From the NCBI GenBank assembly GCA_040954595.2, contig CM082585.2:6039808-6103807 (forward strand): a stretch of DNA of 64,000 nucleotides, written 5' to 3'. The first letter of the stretch is position 1; the number at the start of each line of letters is the position of its first letter. The notes under the pieces were generated by a model. The model did not search any database, was not told the origin of the DNA, and saw only the letters and a program-made list of their open reading frames with translations. Source of the DNA: Balanoglossus misakiensis. Its lineage: Eukaryota > Animalia > Hemichordata. Below, piece after piece: positions 14,927 through 29,900 of the stretch. A program made the translations under genes and the position numbers.

Positions 14927-17900
14927 GTAGGAACTCGAACATGTTTGTCGTTTTACTCACCGCTCTGTACACATTCTCTCACGAATGAGCGGGGGGGGGG
15001 GGGGGAAGATATGTCTCATATGTGAGAGTGTGTACGGTGTGTGTTTTAGCGATTTGCGCGCGTGCGAAATGGGGGACAGTCCACATGCCACGTTTATAGT
15101 AACTTCATAAGTGGAGCTGTACTATACATGTACTTCACTACGTGCAGTATATGATACGGGTATGTACGCTCAGCGCTCATGATCGTCCGTCCAATAGAAA
15201 TAATGACGTCTCTCGCTCGTGTGCTGTTCGGAAACGCATCTTAATGTCAACTGTTAGTGTTTAACATTTGAACATGCCATATTTCGTCAGAATTTTCTGG
15301 AAAACGCCAACGCTTGCGAGCGTTCCGTGCGACAGCGGCCGGCGACCCGAGCGAGCGGGGCTAATTATAACTTAACTGAAGACAGTGACAGTTATATGTA
15401 AATTTCTATGAATGGTGTTAATTTCACTGGGACGGTGTTAAGTGTTTGTGTTTAGCATTTCATCAGCGTGGACTGGTAAAAAAAAATCGAACATTTAGTG
15501 CATGGAATCGCAGGCTCAGACAATGGAAAACGAAAGCTGGGGGACATGCATGCTTTTCTCAATCACGCGCTCACACGTACGCGCGGTGGGGCGGTCGAGC
15601 AGTTGAATGACCTGCCGCTGACCTTGAGTAATTCTTATGCTAATTGCGCGTAATGGTGATTTGGGATGGCGCGGGCACTGTGACATGCGGACAGAGCGTG
15701 TTTTATATAAAGTGAATATTGCAGCGCTGGTCATCCGAAATCTAGGAATTTAATGAAATAAAGGGTTTGCTTTAAATGAGGGTTACAGCAAGAATGAAAA
15801 GCATGCCCAGATTATACAGCAGATCGGATTGTCCATGATCTCTCTTGGATTGTGTGATGGGGGGGGGGGGGGGTTCTGTTTGGAGAATTCTTAGATCCTG
15901 AAATTGACAATAGATACCCATTACAGACCATGTCTTTACCTTAATACGTCTTAGGACTCCACACCTTAAAATTAGACCATGTCGTTTATTACCATAGCTA
16001 TTATGCAATAGAAATCAATGTTTTACTTTGAACTTTAATAAAATCCAGTTTTAAACAAATAATTAATTTAAGGGAAAAAGTGCTTTCCAGAATATGGGAA
16101 GCCGATAATTGTTATGATTTTTATTTTTTATTTGGCATAGTTTATAAGAATTCCCTGTAACTGTTATAGGGAATTATTATAACTGTACTGAAAGCATAAA
16201 CACATGTACTAGTAACAAGTGTGAGAAATACATGTCAGAGGTCAACTCCTGTGGTGTTTGTACTCAACATACAAAAAATGACAGTGTCACATTGCCAGCC
16301 ACATGACTCCTAAGGCTCCCGATAAACCATCTATCAGTCTATTCCCCAAATCAGGCAGCCATGATGAGTGCATATCTGAATACGCCTTTAAATCGATCTT
16401 GAGTCTATATTAAAGGCAGGGCTCGTAGATAGGCAGCATCTCAATGCTTGGCGTTGGAAGTGCAGTTTTATATATGGCGGTGAGGGCAGTCTTTCTATTG
16501 GGATGTCTGAGGTCGTCTTGCAGTCACTCACTTCTTTACTAAAAGCTGACAGTCCCTGCAAAGTAAAACTGCAGGCCAATTCTAGTCAGTCACTTTCCAA
16601 AAAGGACTCTGTAACAAAATTGTTCATTTTTGAGTAATTTAGGGTAACTGTACACATTTCTCAGTAACAGCCTTAGTGTTATCACTAAATTACTTTGAAT
16701 CAATGTAGAAGCTTTTTTGCATTGATAAGTTGCATATCATTGGTCATGGTGCAACATGTGTGAATCTTCTTCATTGATTAGACGCAAGTTTTGATACAGA
16801 CACGCTCAGCGGGCCAGGCCCCTGATCTTGTATTTGCAATGTCGCATGATTAGATTGACCCTGCTTATTACCCAGGATCCTGCTTATTACCCAGGATCCA
16901 TTTCACACGTGGTATAATAATGAGCTCAATATCTGTGGGGGTGCACAGTTGCAGAAAAGAAAGAAAATATCATTCTGTGGGTCTGTAAGCTACATGGGCT
17001 GTACAATTTATTCTGTGCAACCTAATTTCTATCAGTTACAGTAATGTATCCATATTTTCGAATTCCGGTATGTGCTAGGGATTTAAGCCATTTTCATCAG
17101 ATGTTGCAAAAAATTTTGTTGAATCATTGAATAGGACGGATTTTACCTCCTATGACATCAAACATTGAATTCTTCTAGGGTGAAAATTGTCTCATGTTTT
17201 GATTTTTGGTTGTCTTTTTCTGCTGACCTACAGCACTGAAGTAAGGCTGTTTCTGATTGGTCAGTTTCCCTTGTGAATGCAGTCTGATGAAAACGAGTAC
17301 ATACAAGCACCGAGGCACTTGTAGTCTGGTCAAAACACGACTGAAAGAGTCTTTTTTGGAGCATTATTCAATGAATTGTTACCCTGGATTGCGAAATTGT
17401 CCTAGCACTCAACTATTTCTATTGATTTGTTTTCTGAACTCTGATCTCTGGTTTTGATGATATTGTAGTCAGGGTGGACTGCGTGATGCAAATGGTTGAC
17501 TAGCACTAGCAAACAAGATTGATCCTGTGTTTAAATTTAATACTTAATTTCTGTTTGGCGTTTAGCAACAAGTGGCGTACACGCTTCTGGGAAATCATCG
17601 CCAACACTGTGATTGCAAAAAGCGCAATTTCTCACTAGGGACCACGTGCTGATACTGTGAACTTCATTAAAGTGGGGCAAACTTGTTACATTAAGTAAAT
17701 AGCTGACATAAAAATGCCATGTGGTGACGTGTTATCCTCTTAAAGTGAAACCATCAAGGACACTGCGGTTATGTAACACGTCTGTCTGATAGTAAAGTGC
17801 ATGAATGGAGATCTGTAATTCAAGATCAATTGATCAGTGTTCCTGCAACTGCGAAATTGAATTACCAAACAAAACAAATGGTGATGTTTATATGAAAAAA

Positions 17901-20900
17901 TATTACCTGTCAGAGTTCATGCTATATGGTGACTAAAGCAAGTGCAGGATTTATTTGCGATAGGTGTCAGTTTTAATAGCTTAGGTAATTCAGAATTTAT
18001 TTTTTCTTGCTAATTCGCTAATTAATAGAAAGATCGTTTGGAATAGTTACAACTTAGAAGCATGCAGCAACAAGTCTTAGAAAAGAAAAGTTGTTTTCTT
18101 GTAATGAAGTCTAAAGCTATGCACTTTATCTCGGCGTATATATGTATGAAGGGCTGTTGTGACACTATGAAAGAAATAGCTTTTTGCAATGTAGTGGTTT
18201 TCAGTCACTACCTAGATACCTGTGTGCTTTTGATGACAGTTTTATGGAATAACAAGATTTATCTGTTGATCATCTCTTTTATGGCCTCTGTTGTTCTTAA
18301 TATTCATGGCACAGTGAATATTTTTTTCAATAAAACAGACCTTTAATATAAGAACTGGAGACCAATATGAAATATATCAACCATCACCTTTGCAATTTCC
18401 ATTTGATTCATGGATTTATTTAGATTCTTGATCATGCGTACCTGTCTTTATGTAATAACTGAACAGGAAGAAATCCCAGACACTTTCTAGTACATCGAGA
18501 TACAACTTAAGTACTTTATCTCTGCTGTCAGTGAAGCAAAGCTTATCAAATCACTGATTGTCCATCAACATTTTGGCATTTAAGTAATCTTCTCGTCTGC
18601 AACACTACCGGTCAGATAGCCAGGATATCGATTGGATTCTGAAATTGCAGAATACTGTCACTGAAGATCTGTGTGCAGCAACGTTGACCAGTCACTTGTT
18701 GAATTGCGAAAAAAAAAAATTAGATTCATGCAAGATTCGAACTGGTGCAGTCGTGTATAGAGCTGAGATGTGTTCCCTTGGCAACGGTTCTAATGCCCTA
18801 ACAACAAGGCTAGAGAATTAACTCAGAACAGTCCCCAATGTGATACCTCTCCATCATGTGTAATTAACACTGACAGAACACAAGATTGACTCCACTTTTC
18901 AAATAGGAAAGTTTCCATGTGTTAGCTGTGGAGCTTGCTGGCTCTGTGTGTTGAGGTGGCTTTGAATACTAGTACCTTCAGGTCAAAATCACGTTTAAAT
19001 TACCGATCGGATGCAGCTCACTTGACTTTTGGATAAAACCTCTCTTGTCTGGTCTTTTTCATCTCTGCTGGCATGTGACCTTGCGACCGGTCGCAAGGTC
19101 ACATGCTAATTTCATTTGGCCAGAAAGGCTTAATTTAATACACGCGAAAAATCTCACTCCTTTACCAACTAGGATGAGTTAAAATTAAAAGCTCAACAAG
19201 TCTAGTTTGCATCATGATCTGTTTGCGGAAACATGCTTTGAAAATGGAAAAAAACAAAAACAAAATATATTTGCTTATTTACTTGTGTATTTAATGTGTC
19301 TATTTGTGGCAGACACTCAAGGTTCTCTGTCTGCTCCAAAGTTAATTGTGTGATTACAGAAAAAAAAGTGTTTGTTCCCTGGAAACTGTTTTGTGCATAT
19401 TCTGTCGTTGTAACAATGCTTGGCGACATGCAATTGCAAATGCTGGCCGAACAGTAGAAACAAAAACGCGAACATTGTAATTTTCTTGTGTCATGTAAAA
19501 TAGTAGTTTTGCATGTTAGTTCTTTCTTTTTTTATACAAGTTATTTTCAAGTAAATCTTCACTAGCAGTAGACTGGCCAATGATGTAATGGGGTCTGCTT
19601 GCTAATCATGATTATCGTTTAAGGTCACGAAAGTGTCTGCTGCCAACTTATACTCTGTCAGGTTACGTCCACGTGTTTGTCGTGCTTGTAAATCAGTCAA
19701 TAAGAGAGCCTACAGGTACTAGTGTTTGGTCTTCCTTTAGTCTGTCTTGTATTGGTGCTGACTGGTCTGTTACTGTAGTACCCTGGATACGATTAAAATT
19801 TGTGAACAAATTATGAACCATTTTGGTACACATATATACCGGCAGATTCATTGTACAAAATAGCGCAAAGCAATTAACAAATCAAAGAATTTCTTTCATG
19901 TGATTTCATTATGATGACTTGGAAAATATACACCGTCCTTTAATTGGCCAATAAATCTTTTGATGATAACACTTAACAGAGTTGAGTATAAAATATAAAA
20001 GAATTTCTTTCAGGACTACTGTCAGTTTTTATAATTCGGGCTGCTTGGATTCTTGGCTGTGCTCCAAAATTCTTTTCTTGTTCAGATATTGGCGATGGGC
20101 CGCAAGCAGCTGCCTGTGTAATTGGTCGCCGGGTCAGTCAGGTCACCGACGGCAACGGCGTTCCTCGGGAACAAGAATAAACTGGCAGTGATGGGTCACT
20201 GTAGGGGGACGCAAACATTGAACGCAAATGCAGGGGATTTTTTTTTACGCCTAGAAAGTCTCGCGGGGCTCCAGATAATTTAACCGCGCAGGGGAGGGAC
20301 AAATGTTCGTTCTATGAGAGGCAGGGAGTGGGAGCTGAACCCTGAGACACTATAATCATTATCTCGTCGTGGACAAGCATGTTACTTCTTTCACAGTTAT
20401 GCATGTATGTAGGTCGTTTGTGGTGTCAAGTGTCAGTTAATGAACTTAAAATAGAAGTGTATTTCATCGGAGTTAAGAAGACAGATCTTTTTGACATAGT
20501 TCATGTTTGAGGCAGAGTAAAGGAGAGGTAGTGAATAAGATAGTGTCAACTACCGATAATTTCTTATTTTATTGTTTTGGAAAGTACTTTATGCTTCTCT
20601 GGTGGGACATCATTATGTCATTGATGGGGAATGGCTGTGTAACCGATAAAAAGGATCATTTGGCCAGTTTAACAAATCATAAAATTAAATAGGATGTGAC
20701 CAAAATTAGGCTTTCAACGATGAAATAAACTCTGTACAATACATACATATACATATGCTTGAATGCTCTCAGGCATACATCTATATGCCATTTTGAATAA
20801 TACAACTGTCCTATAATGTCGTCAATGCATTTGAAAAGGTCCGCAGATGATCATTGTGGTCAGGTCAGTGTGTACGTTTGTGTACCGGTATGCAATATTT

Positions 20901-23900
20901 TGATAAGCCACTGTAGGATTTCTGGCCTCGTGGACAATAGATGTTGCTTATCGGAGATATTTTAAAGTTTACCCTTCCAAAAGAATAAAAAGTTAGATAT
21001 CAAGACCTAAGTCGTACATGTATCGGTATTCAATATCTTGAGAAATTCTGTGTACTGGGGCACTTTGACCTGGGGAGCTTGTCATGCCCCGCTGAGCAGA
21101 CTGCATGGGATTATACTCTCTCTTCAGAAAACACACAAACAGTCGCTGTGATAATGGGATAATTGCCATCTAGAAGCAGTTGTTTCTAATGATTCTCTTT
21201 GCTCGACTCATAAAATATGAACACTAACATCATCCATCATCCCCCTGTGAGTAGAATTCCCTGTGAAGCACTGTCATCCATTTTGTGAATAAATTGAAAA
21301 GAGCAGTGTGAATTCAGTGCTTATACTGTATAGCCATCTCTCATAATTGTAGTTAGTGTTCACAAAACGTATAATCTGTTTGAGACATGGCTATGGGGCT
21401 AACCCGCTATGGATAAAAAAGAATCCTTGTTCAGAATTACATTTTGTCTACCGGTATGTCCCAGATTCAGGGCTGGTGTAATTCTCTTGGCCCCCCCCCC
21501 CAAAAGATAGTGCTTCCACTGGCACGTATGGGCTAGGGAGCCCAAAAACAGTAGCTGTGGCAGTCTGCATATCGGTCGAAGTGTTGTATCAAGGAATCTA
21601 ATCTGATTTAAAGGTTTCTGTGAAAGCCTCTGTCACTTTATGAATTATGGACGTGCCTACAATGTACACCTGTCAGTAAGTCTTGGTTTGTTTGCCATCC
21701 TAAATTCTGGTCGTCGTTCTGTTTGGGTGTTTACTGGGTCAAAATCACGAACTGTGGTATTTCACCAATGTAGCCTGATAGCGCTCATTGCCTAAGGTCA
21801 GAGGTCAAAAATCTGCAGTCAGAGGTCAGGCGATTTGCTGTATCTGTACTGAAATAAGAAACATGAAGCGTGACACACGTTTGTAACATTTATCGACTGT
21901 CAGATTGCCAGCACAAGACCACGATTTGTAGATACGAGTTCCTCGTTGAAAATATCGACAAAAAAGTACAAGAGTGCATTTCGATAAAGGTGATAGTGTG
22001 TGCAGGTAATCGTGTGTCATTCCGTCGTGTCAATCAGACAGATGGCAGCTATCTTAGAATTAGATGGCTGTCTTCACAGAACTTCTAATGTCTGGCTTGT
22101 CGCATGAAGTTATGACATTTTTGTTATTTTCAAGGTGACGCCAGCAATGTTACGGTACCCCATTGAGATATCTGATAGGTTGTTGAAATCAGATCATATG
22201 AGAGCAATCACAGTAGCTACAGAGGCAATCTGCATAGTAGCATTTTTTTCAGAATATTAGAGATTAGAATGATGAATCTGTGTTCTGTGATTAAAAGTGA
22301 ACCACTTATCTATTGGATAGTGATTATTACCCTGATTTGATTTTTAAAGCATATCATATAGGAGTGCCTGGCCTTGTTCATTTACAATTTTTTTTAATGT
22401 TCAAAAATCAGTTTAGTATTGGTACATAAAATAAATCACACTAATGTAACATGTCTAGAATGAAAATTGCAAATAGATTTTACTGGTCGACAGCTTGCCC
22501 CACTGTGTAAAAGACTTTTCATTTCGCTTGACCTACTTCCAGCTTGAATTAACAAGTTTGCTAGTGTGGATTTTGCAAGCTGTGATCTTTGATTGCAGTC
22601 TGTTCACATTCCAAGTGTTGCTTGTTACAACTTTGTCATACTGGCATACTCAAGCAGTCACCTGACAACATGTGAATTGTTTGGATTCAACGAATACCAT
22701 GGTCACCAAGCAGCGTACCGGTAGGTCAGATCTTGGAAGTGCGTGCCTTGGAGAAAGATTTTCAGAAAAATGAGTCTTCCAAACCTTTTTCTCCTTTGGT
22801 ATATTAAAATATGTGGAGACTGTTTGAAAATAAAGAAGAAAACAGGGTATTCACCGTCTTGGTTTCACAAAATTCACAACTTTACATTTTTCTGATAATG
22901 CTCGACGCAGTGATTGGCGGCCATTTTGAATTTTGAATTTGAGAAAATTTGGCCGTAGCTCCCAATCAGAATTCTGTGCGGTTACCCAAAATTTTTATTC
23001 TGAGTTTCTTGAAGAGAGAACCTGAATTATCAAAAAGTTTCTTTGAACAAAGTAAGACAAAAAGTTTTGGGCTTTGGTTTTCGAGGTATGCAACCTAATA
23101 CAACCCTCACATGCATTGTTTGTCAAAGCACGTGGTGTTTTGCATTTTTCCCATTGAGGCACAAAATGTGACATTGAGTGTTCGATAGCTATATGGTAAT
23201 CGTAAAAGTCTAGTTACACGAAACTACCTGTAATCGGTGAGAATTACCCGGACTGGACCCTCGCCAAGTCCTGGGTTTGGCGGTCAATTTGCATAGCGAC
23301 CTAATTTTCTAGGGTTCGGACAGGGCACACAGACCTTTTATGCAAACAGCGAGTGGAAGCAATTGTAGTTTATAACCCTCAACAACCCAGCCACTTCTTG
23401 GGGTGTGGAGAGCGCGGCCTGTATACATGTGAATGGGTGTGACCTATATGATATAAGGGTCAACGTACCCATTCGCCGACAATTGTGGCATGACTGAAAT
23501 AGATGAATTGTAATTCTATAAACATTTGAAATATACTTATTTTATTATATTAACTTAAATATACCTGTAAGGGTCCATGGCAATTTTTGTGCATCTATCA
23601 AACCCCCCCCCCCCCCCCCCCCCCAAAAAAAAATCCAAACACCCCCCTAACTAATATTGTAGGAGGGGGAGGGGGCTCAGTCCTCCCTTAGTTACTGTGA
23701 TATCTTGATGAAGATGCTGTTGTCAAGGATGCAAATGAGGTGTCGACATCAGCGGGGTGAACGAACTGCCGATGTCAAAGTTCACCAATTAAAAATTGAA
23801 AGAAGGTCCTGTTCACGTTGATTATAATTTGCTAAATCCGTCAATCTGGGAATGTACCTATGTCAAGGCCGTAAAAAGCCAAAGATCTTGCAAGAGACGA

Positions 23901-26900
23901 AATCCCTTGGGATAGGATTCGATATAGCCGCAAACTGTATATATTCAGTCCCGATTAACTACACAACACACGTGATACTGCAGTGTATTGATTTGCCTCA
24001 AGCTGACACTGTCGGATTTCAATAGCCAGTTTAGACTGTAAGAGATCCCTGTGTCAGAACCACTTGTCAATCATGAATTATTTCCCTGTCTAATATGTTG
24101 CGCAGAAATATATAAACCTGTTTTTATGTTTTTTATTTAGTGCGTAATGTACTAATATTATGGCATCTGAAATTGAAAGTGTGCTTTATGAGATTCTGTC
24201 TTGAGACATGACAAATGCGATCGGTGAAAGGTCAGTTGCTGTGTCTTCAGATGTTATTTTTACTATTAAAATGTGTGCCCATTTTTCAATGACAGAGTCT
24301 GGTTCTACCATACATGTACTTCATGAAATGACCCATTTTCCCTGTCACTCTAAACACATATTTGCACAGCTCTGGAGAAATTGTTGGCAATTAAATTTCA
24401 AGAAATGAAGTTGTTATTACTACATGTACACTATACCAATGTCTGTTAGTGTAACATGTACCAGTACCTGTTCGTACATTGTGTAAACATGGTAAACAGT
24501 CCCTTTTGACAAATGCAGGTAGATATCTCATCATTTCATGAAGCAAGAAGGGTTCGAATCGATTCATCATTTCATGGAAAGTGTACAAGACAAAATTCAG
24601 CAACAGATTTTATGTTCTCATGAACTCTGCCTTTTATGACAACGCACAAGCTTTACCACACTATTTTATGATGTCTGCAAGTGTCTTGAAGTCTCTCTCT
24701 GATATTGTGTTTCTTCAATGACAGACTGACTGGCAAGTTTAACCCTTTCAAGCCTGGCTTTCTGGGAACGTATCTGAATGTCTCCTATATATAGGATATC
24801 CGGCCAGAAAGGGTTAATATCAGTCCGTGAAAGGGTATATACATATACCGTACATGTATGTTTCATTTGACGTTTCATTAAATTCTTCATTGCATTTTTG
24901 AATTTCCAACGTTAACTTTCATTCTCAGAAGGGGTCGAGGTTGCAACAACATATGTCACGTATGTGTTGAATTTATCCATGGCCCTTAGAGACGGCGAAT
25001 TGCTATTTGATCAGACCTCTTGTAATTGTAGACTTAGCCCAAGTACCGGTATGTATGAAGTTCTCAAATCTCATCAAATATTGCAACAAGTGTTGTAAAT
25101 ATGCCCCAGGACGACCTAAGGGTATACGAAGGAGATGGTTTAGTTTACATTACATGTTGATGAAAAACTAAATTGGTTTCCTTGGATGAGTCAGTTGGCT
25201 TGTTGTCCTGTGTGAATGAAGACGTAACTAACTGTATGTGCCAAGCTTTCGTGGAAAAAAAAATCATGTTGGTTTTCCTGAAGTAAACATTAATGAGAAA
25301 GTGGAGAATTTGATTACCGGCTCCAAGGATGGTCTGATTTTGAGAAAACTCAAGGAAGTGAGTGTTGTTTATCTTCAATAATTCTGTTCCTGTTCCAGTG
25401 TGAAAGTTCAAAGAGCCAAGGCTCGCCCGACATAGTCATCTGAAATTTGCATGGTCTGTGAAATTAAATATTTGAGCTCATTTCCTCTTAATACTGAAAA
25501 GTGGAACTATTAAATTATGAAATAAACTTTCATTGGAAGTTGTGGGTTTATTGCAGGATTTTTTTATTCGTCTAATGTCAAATCCAGGATACACTTACCG
25601 GTATATGTGCAAATTGCACACATACCTGTATAACGTACACACACATGCACGAAGATGTGCACACACACACACGTTGGGCCGTATACCGTACTTGTAGTTC
25701 CCCCAGCTGCAAAATTGCTTTCTCTTGTTTGAGCTAGTTTTCCGAGAATTCATGGTACATGTAATTGACATTTGATAGGTTACAGAGACATCCGAACTAA
25801 AATTCACAATCATATAAAAGTGTCAATCAATCTCCAAATAGCAGATGAACATTTTGTTAAAGTGTAGCGTACAGTACTTATGTCCCATCCAAACTTGGTT
25901 CATTCCTATGTTTCTGTGATAGAAAGACTTAAGCTACAAGTCCTTAAGCACAGGCACTTATACATGTTCATGCAATTGACCCATCGCAAGAGAAGAGGTC
26001 GGACAACATACGCTCTTTTGCCTATCAAAACCGATACTCGCATTTGTAAGCGACTGTGCACGGTTAACCTTGAGAATTTAATCCCGCCCTTTCCCCGAAC
26101 AATGACGGCCATTTTAATGGCTGTCGATGCTTTGTTAAAATCCATCACTTGTTCACAAAGCCCGAATCCAGATACGGTTTTGTATTTTGGAGGTCAATGT
26201 TTGCGATCACAAATCTCTCCTGATGAAATTTGCACAAAAAGCAATTTATTCGGTGTCAGGTTGTATAAAATTGTCGGTGCAATGACCTAGCTCTTCCATG
26301 CTTGACCCATTTAATTTCATTCATCCTGATTTCTATTGAAACCTTTGTATTGAGTTTTAATATCATCAATTTGAAGATATCAGATTCCAAATGTAATATG
26401 ATTTGATATAGGTCTTGTCCTTATGAAATAATATAGAAATCGAGTAAGTCGTTTTTTGTTCATATATAGAGATAATATATAAATGTATGTCTATCTCAAT
26501 TATCTAAATGATAAATAATATTATTATAGCATATCTTTTCTCTTCTATTCATAACATTTCTTAGATTTAATCGTAATAAATGGTAAAATACATGTAAAAT
26601 ATATGTCCCCATGTGTAGTTCAACTTTCAGAGCAGCTAGGTGACCATTTGCCCCATAATATCTCTGACTAGTGGCAGAGATTTTAATCCAATCCAATCTA
26701 CTATTGTTTCAACTTACACAGGAATTAATTACCTGTAGCAGTTTTCCTTAACATCGTCAAGTTATAAATTCTTAAGGTCATAATGAAATTGTAAATTTAA
26801 TACCGTCGGCTAGGGACTTCACATGCAACAAACAAGTTACTGTAAAAACCCCTGAATTAGACCTCACAGGGTGGAGTTCCATGTTTCACTTAAAATATTT

Positions 26901-29900
26901 TAGCCTTCTTTTTAAATTCTTCCTGTTTTGATCCGGACAATGAAATTCCATGAAAAATACTGATTTACTGCTCTCTCTTTAAAATCTCACAACAGTCCAG
27001 CTCCAATCATAATTTCACCAGGAAATACATGTATATGAAATATGTGTGCTTCAGTTCCACCCTGGCCCGATTTCCGAGTAGGTCAAAGTTCATTGCTACA
27101 GTCCCGTGGTTTGGTGTTGCCTGGTCAATTTATTAAAGATAAGCGATAGCGGAGTGGGTTATTAAACCAGAAATGCCAGGCCACAGCAAGGGACGACTGC
27201 CGTGTCTTTGCAAATGGATCTCAGTGACTGTTTTATATCAGCATAATCGGTGCGTTTTATATAAGCGAAAACCAGCGACGTTTTTTTGTCGGTTCTGTGT
27301 GTTTTGCATGTAGGTCATGTCCACATGTGCGCGTAATGTGCTTGTTATCAATGAGCGAAAATGTCCCAGACGTCCCCCCGCGTCTGGCTCTTCTCGCTAT
27401 TCATTAACTGCTTGTAAGAGTAATTCGTGCGACTCTGTTCTTTGGGGAGAAACTCTAGCACTTTCTGTAGCTGTGAAGAAATAGCCCGACATTTTATTGC
27501 CAATAATTGCTTTGGTTCATTTAGATATAAGTAGAATGGGGAACATGCATGAGAATTGACCTTTTGAACCTTGTTTTGTGATGGAATTGAGATAAATCTC
27601 ATATGTCGTAGGTTAGGAAACCAGGGGTCAGAGTTCAAAGGTTGCAAATATCTGAAATCTGTAAATAATATTTGGATAACATCTATGATTGTCTGCAACC
27701 ATGTTCCTCTACAAGTTAATCCCTTAATATAATCAGTTTTTAGTGTGATATTGTTTTAATAGTCAGTGATTCATTCTTGAGGCCTGAAAGTATCAGAGGG
27801 ATTCTTGCAAAACAAAATTCTCGATGGTTTCAGAGGTGACTAACATTTATAATATTACTCCAATGGTTTTATATAGTACATTGCCTGGGGCAAAACATAG
27901 GATGGTTTTGGCCGATGTGACATAGTGGTGCTCAACTGTATCGAGTAATATAGGTTTTATCCATGCTCACTGCAGACTTATTTTGTTACTTTTGTGTCAT
28001 TGTATTCCAATTTTATGTTAGGAATTCTTTGGTAAAACAAAGTGTGGTATTATAATTTTTATATTCTTTATTCTGAATCAGTACGGCAGCATTGTGATAT
28101 TGACAATCAAAACTTATGATAAGTTGGTCTTTTAATAAAACGATCCTCTGAAATATTAAGGATTGCATATCAAACCCCCTTTTTCTGTGATGTTGATAAA
28201 TTTGCAACAGCTGCGTGGGGAGATTTGACCTTTTAAATATCTCACTAATCCTAGTGTTAAAAGTTCCGACCGCAAGCTGACATGCCTGCTCATTTCATTA
28301 CAATGCATTTGAAGGTATATATATATGCAGGCGGCCCTTGTACAAATTTACATTACTTAATTCACAAGCCGTTTTCTAGAGACAATAGAAATTCTGGGGG
28401 CAACATTTTGTCAGTTTGCTTAAAGAAAAACAAAGTAAACATCAGATCGTACCTCAAGATGGCAGTGTTTCTCGACCGGCCAAGATCACCGCGGTTCTAT
28501 TTTTAGTTACAAAAGCAGCCGATCTCCGACAGGGAGACAGCCATGCCATCTATGGAATTGCTGGTGTTGTAATCACGGGACATATCCGGTGTCAGTTCGC
28601 ATTTTCCCAATTCCTCGGTACTGATAGGAAGAAATCATCATGAACAGGACGGCTCGGACTCAGACCATGCTTGAATGAAATAAGGCATGAGTTGTCCAAT
28701 ACATAGACTAAGTCCATCGGCATTTCTCATACAGTGTTCAGAATCATTAATTAAAATATATGATATCAACAATAACAAAGATCTATTTACCACATAAAAC
28801 AGTTTAGAAATATAATACAAAAATCATTGGAAAAAGAATTTATAGTAAGTGATGTTTGTTTTGTTTTATACAAGAAACTGGAATTAATACACAAAACAAT
28901 GACTAATATAAATAATTATGACTGATGATTTTAAAGCAAAATACCAAAGCTAAAGTGATGTTTCCATTATGCTTCAAACAAGATGAGTAAAATGCATTAA
29001 AGAACGATAAAAGTGAAAGATATTTCACAGGTAATTGTATTCTCCATCTATATTGATTCCCTACACTGTGATGTATTACTCAGAGTAGAAAGGTGACAGC
29101 CAGCATTAGTCAGTTAAAAAGCTTAAGTCATTATTTTGCTAGCATCCTACTGTGTGATGAAATACAAGGCAGGTAATGCTCAATCTCATTTTATTCGAAT
29201 TGTAATGTACTATATGGATGTTTTCTTACTCAACTGAAAAGGTGAATTAAAGATGAACAGGTCTTGTTTCTTCCACTTCAGCCTTGAATTTCTTGTAAGA
29301 AGTCATTGAACTGACATTAGAATATCCTTGAAGTAAACGTCAATGTCAGGGAAGAAACTCATGAGATTTTAATCCTGAATTTTAAAACTTGATAGAACAG
29401 GCCAATACTATGTTGCATGGTGTGTACTCAGTTGGGAAAAGTATTTGCTGTAGGTCTATCCTGTTGTAAGTGTTAAGTTAACACTTATTAGTGCAAAGAT
29501 ACATATTTTATACCAAATATTAAAGATGCTGTGCCGTTAACCAGTCTATAGATTCTTGTTTATAACATAATTGTACTTCAGTGGTATATAAATATCTGGT
29601 TATATATAAAATGTGATCAGGTGTTTAACTTGTCTGTACAAAACTCTGACTGACAATCTGGCAATGCTTTGGTTAGAGTGACATCATTAACTCACACAAC
29701 CACAATATTGTCAAAGGAATAGCCATCTTATCCCTTTGAAACTGATACAATGTAGAAAGTTGAAAGGTCATGGCTCTAAAGCTCATTCATTAGTATTACA
29801 CACACGATCTAAGACAGGCTAACAAAACTGGTCCAACAGAACCACTGTCTGTGTGTCTGCTGACGTGACATCATCGCGTAGCAACCGCATGTCATTAACC

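Noticed and set aside
18705-18790. Minus-strand GTTCGAATC B-box followed by a T-tract
   Set aside because: No convincing cloverleaf or A-box; at most a decayed tRNA-derived SINE.
28416-28680. GC-richer block with caagatggcag, resembling glycogenin exon 1
   Set aside because: The ATG frame stops after 15 codons, with no suitable phase-1 donor and no recognisable product on either strand.
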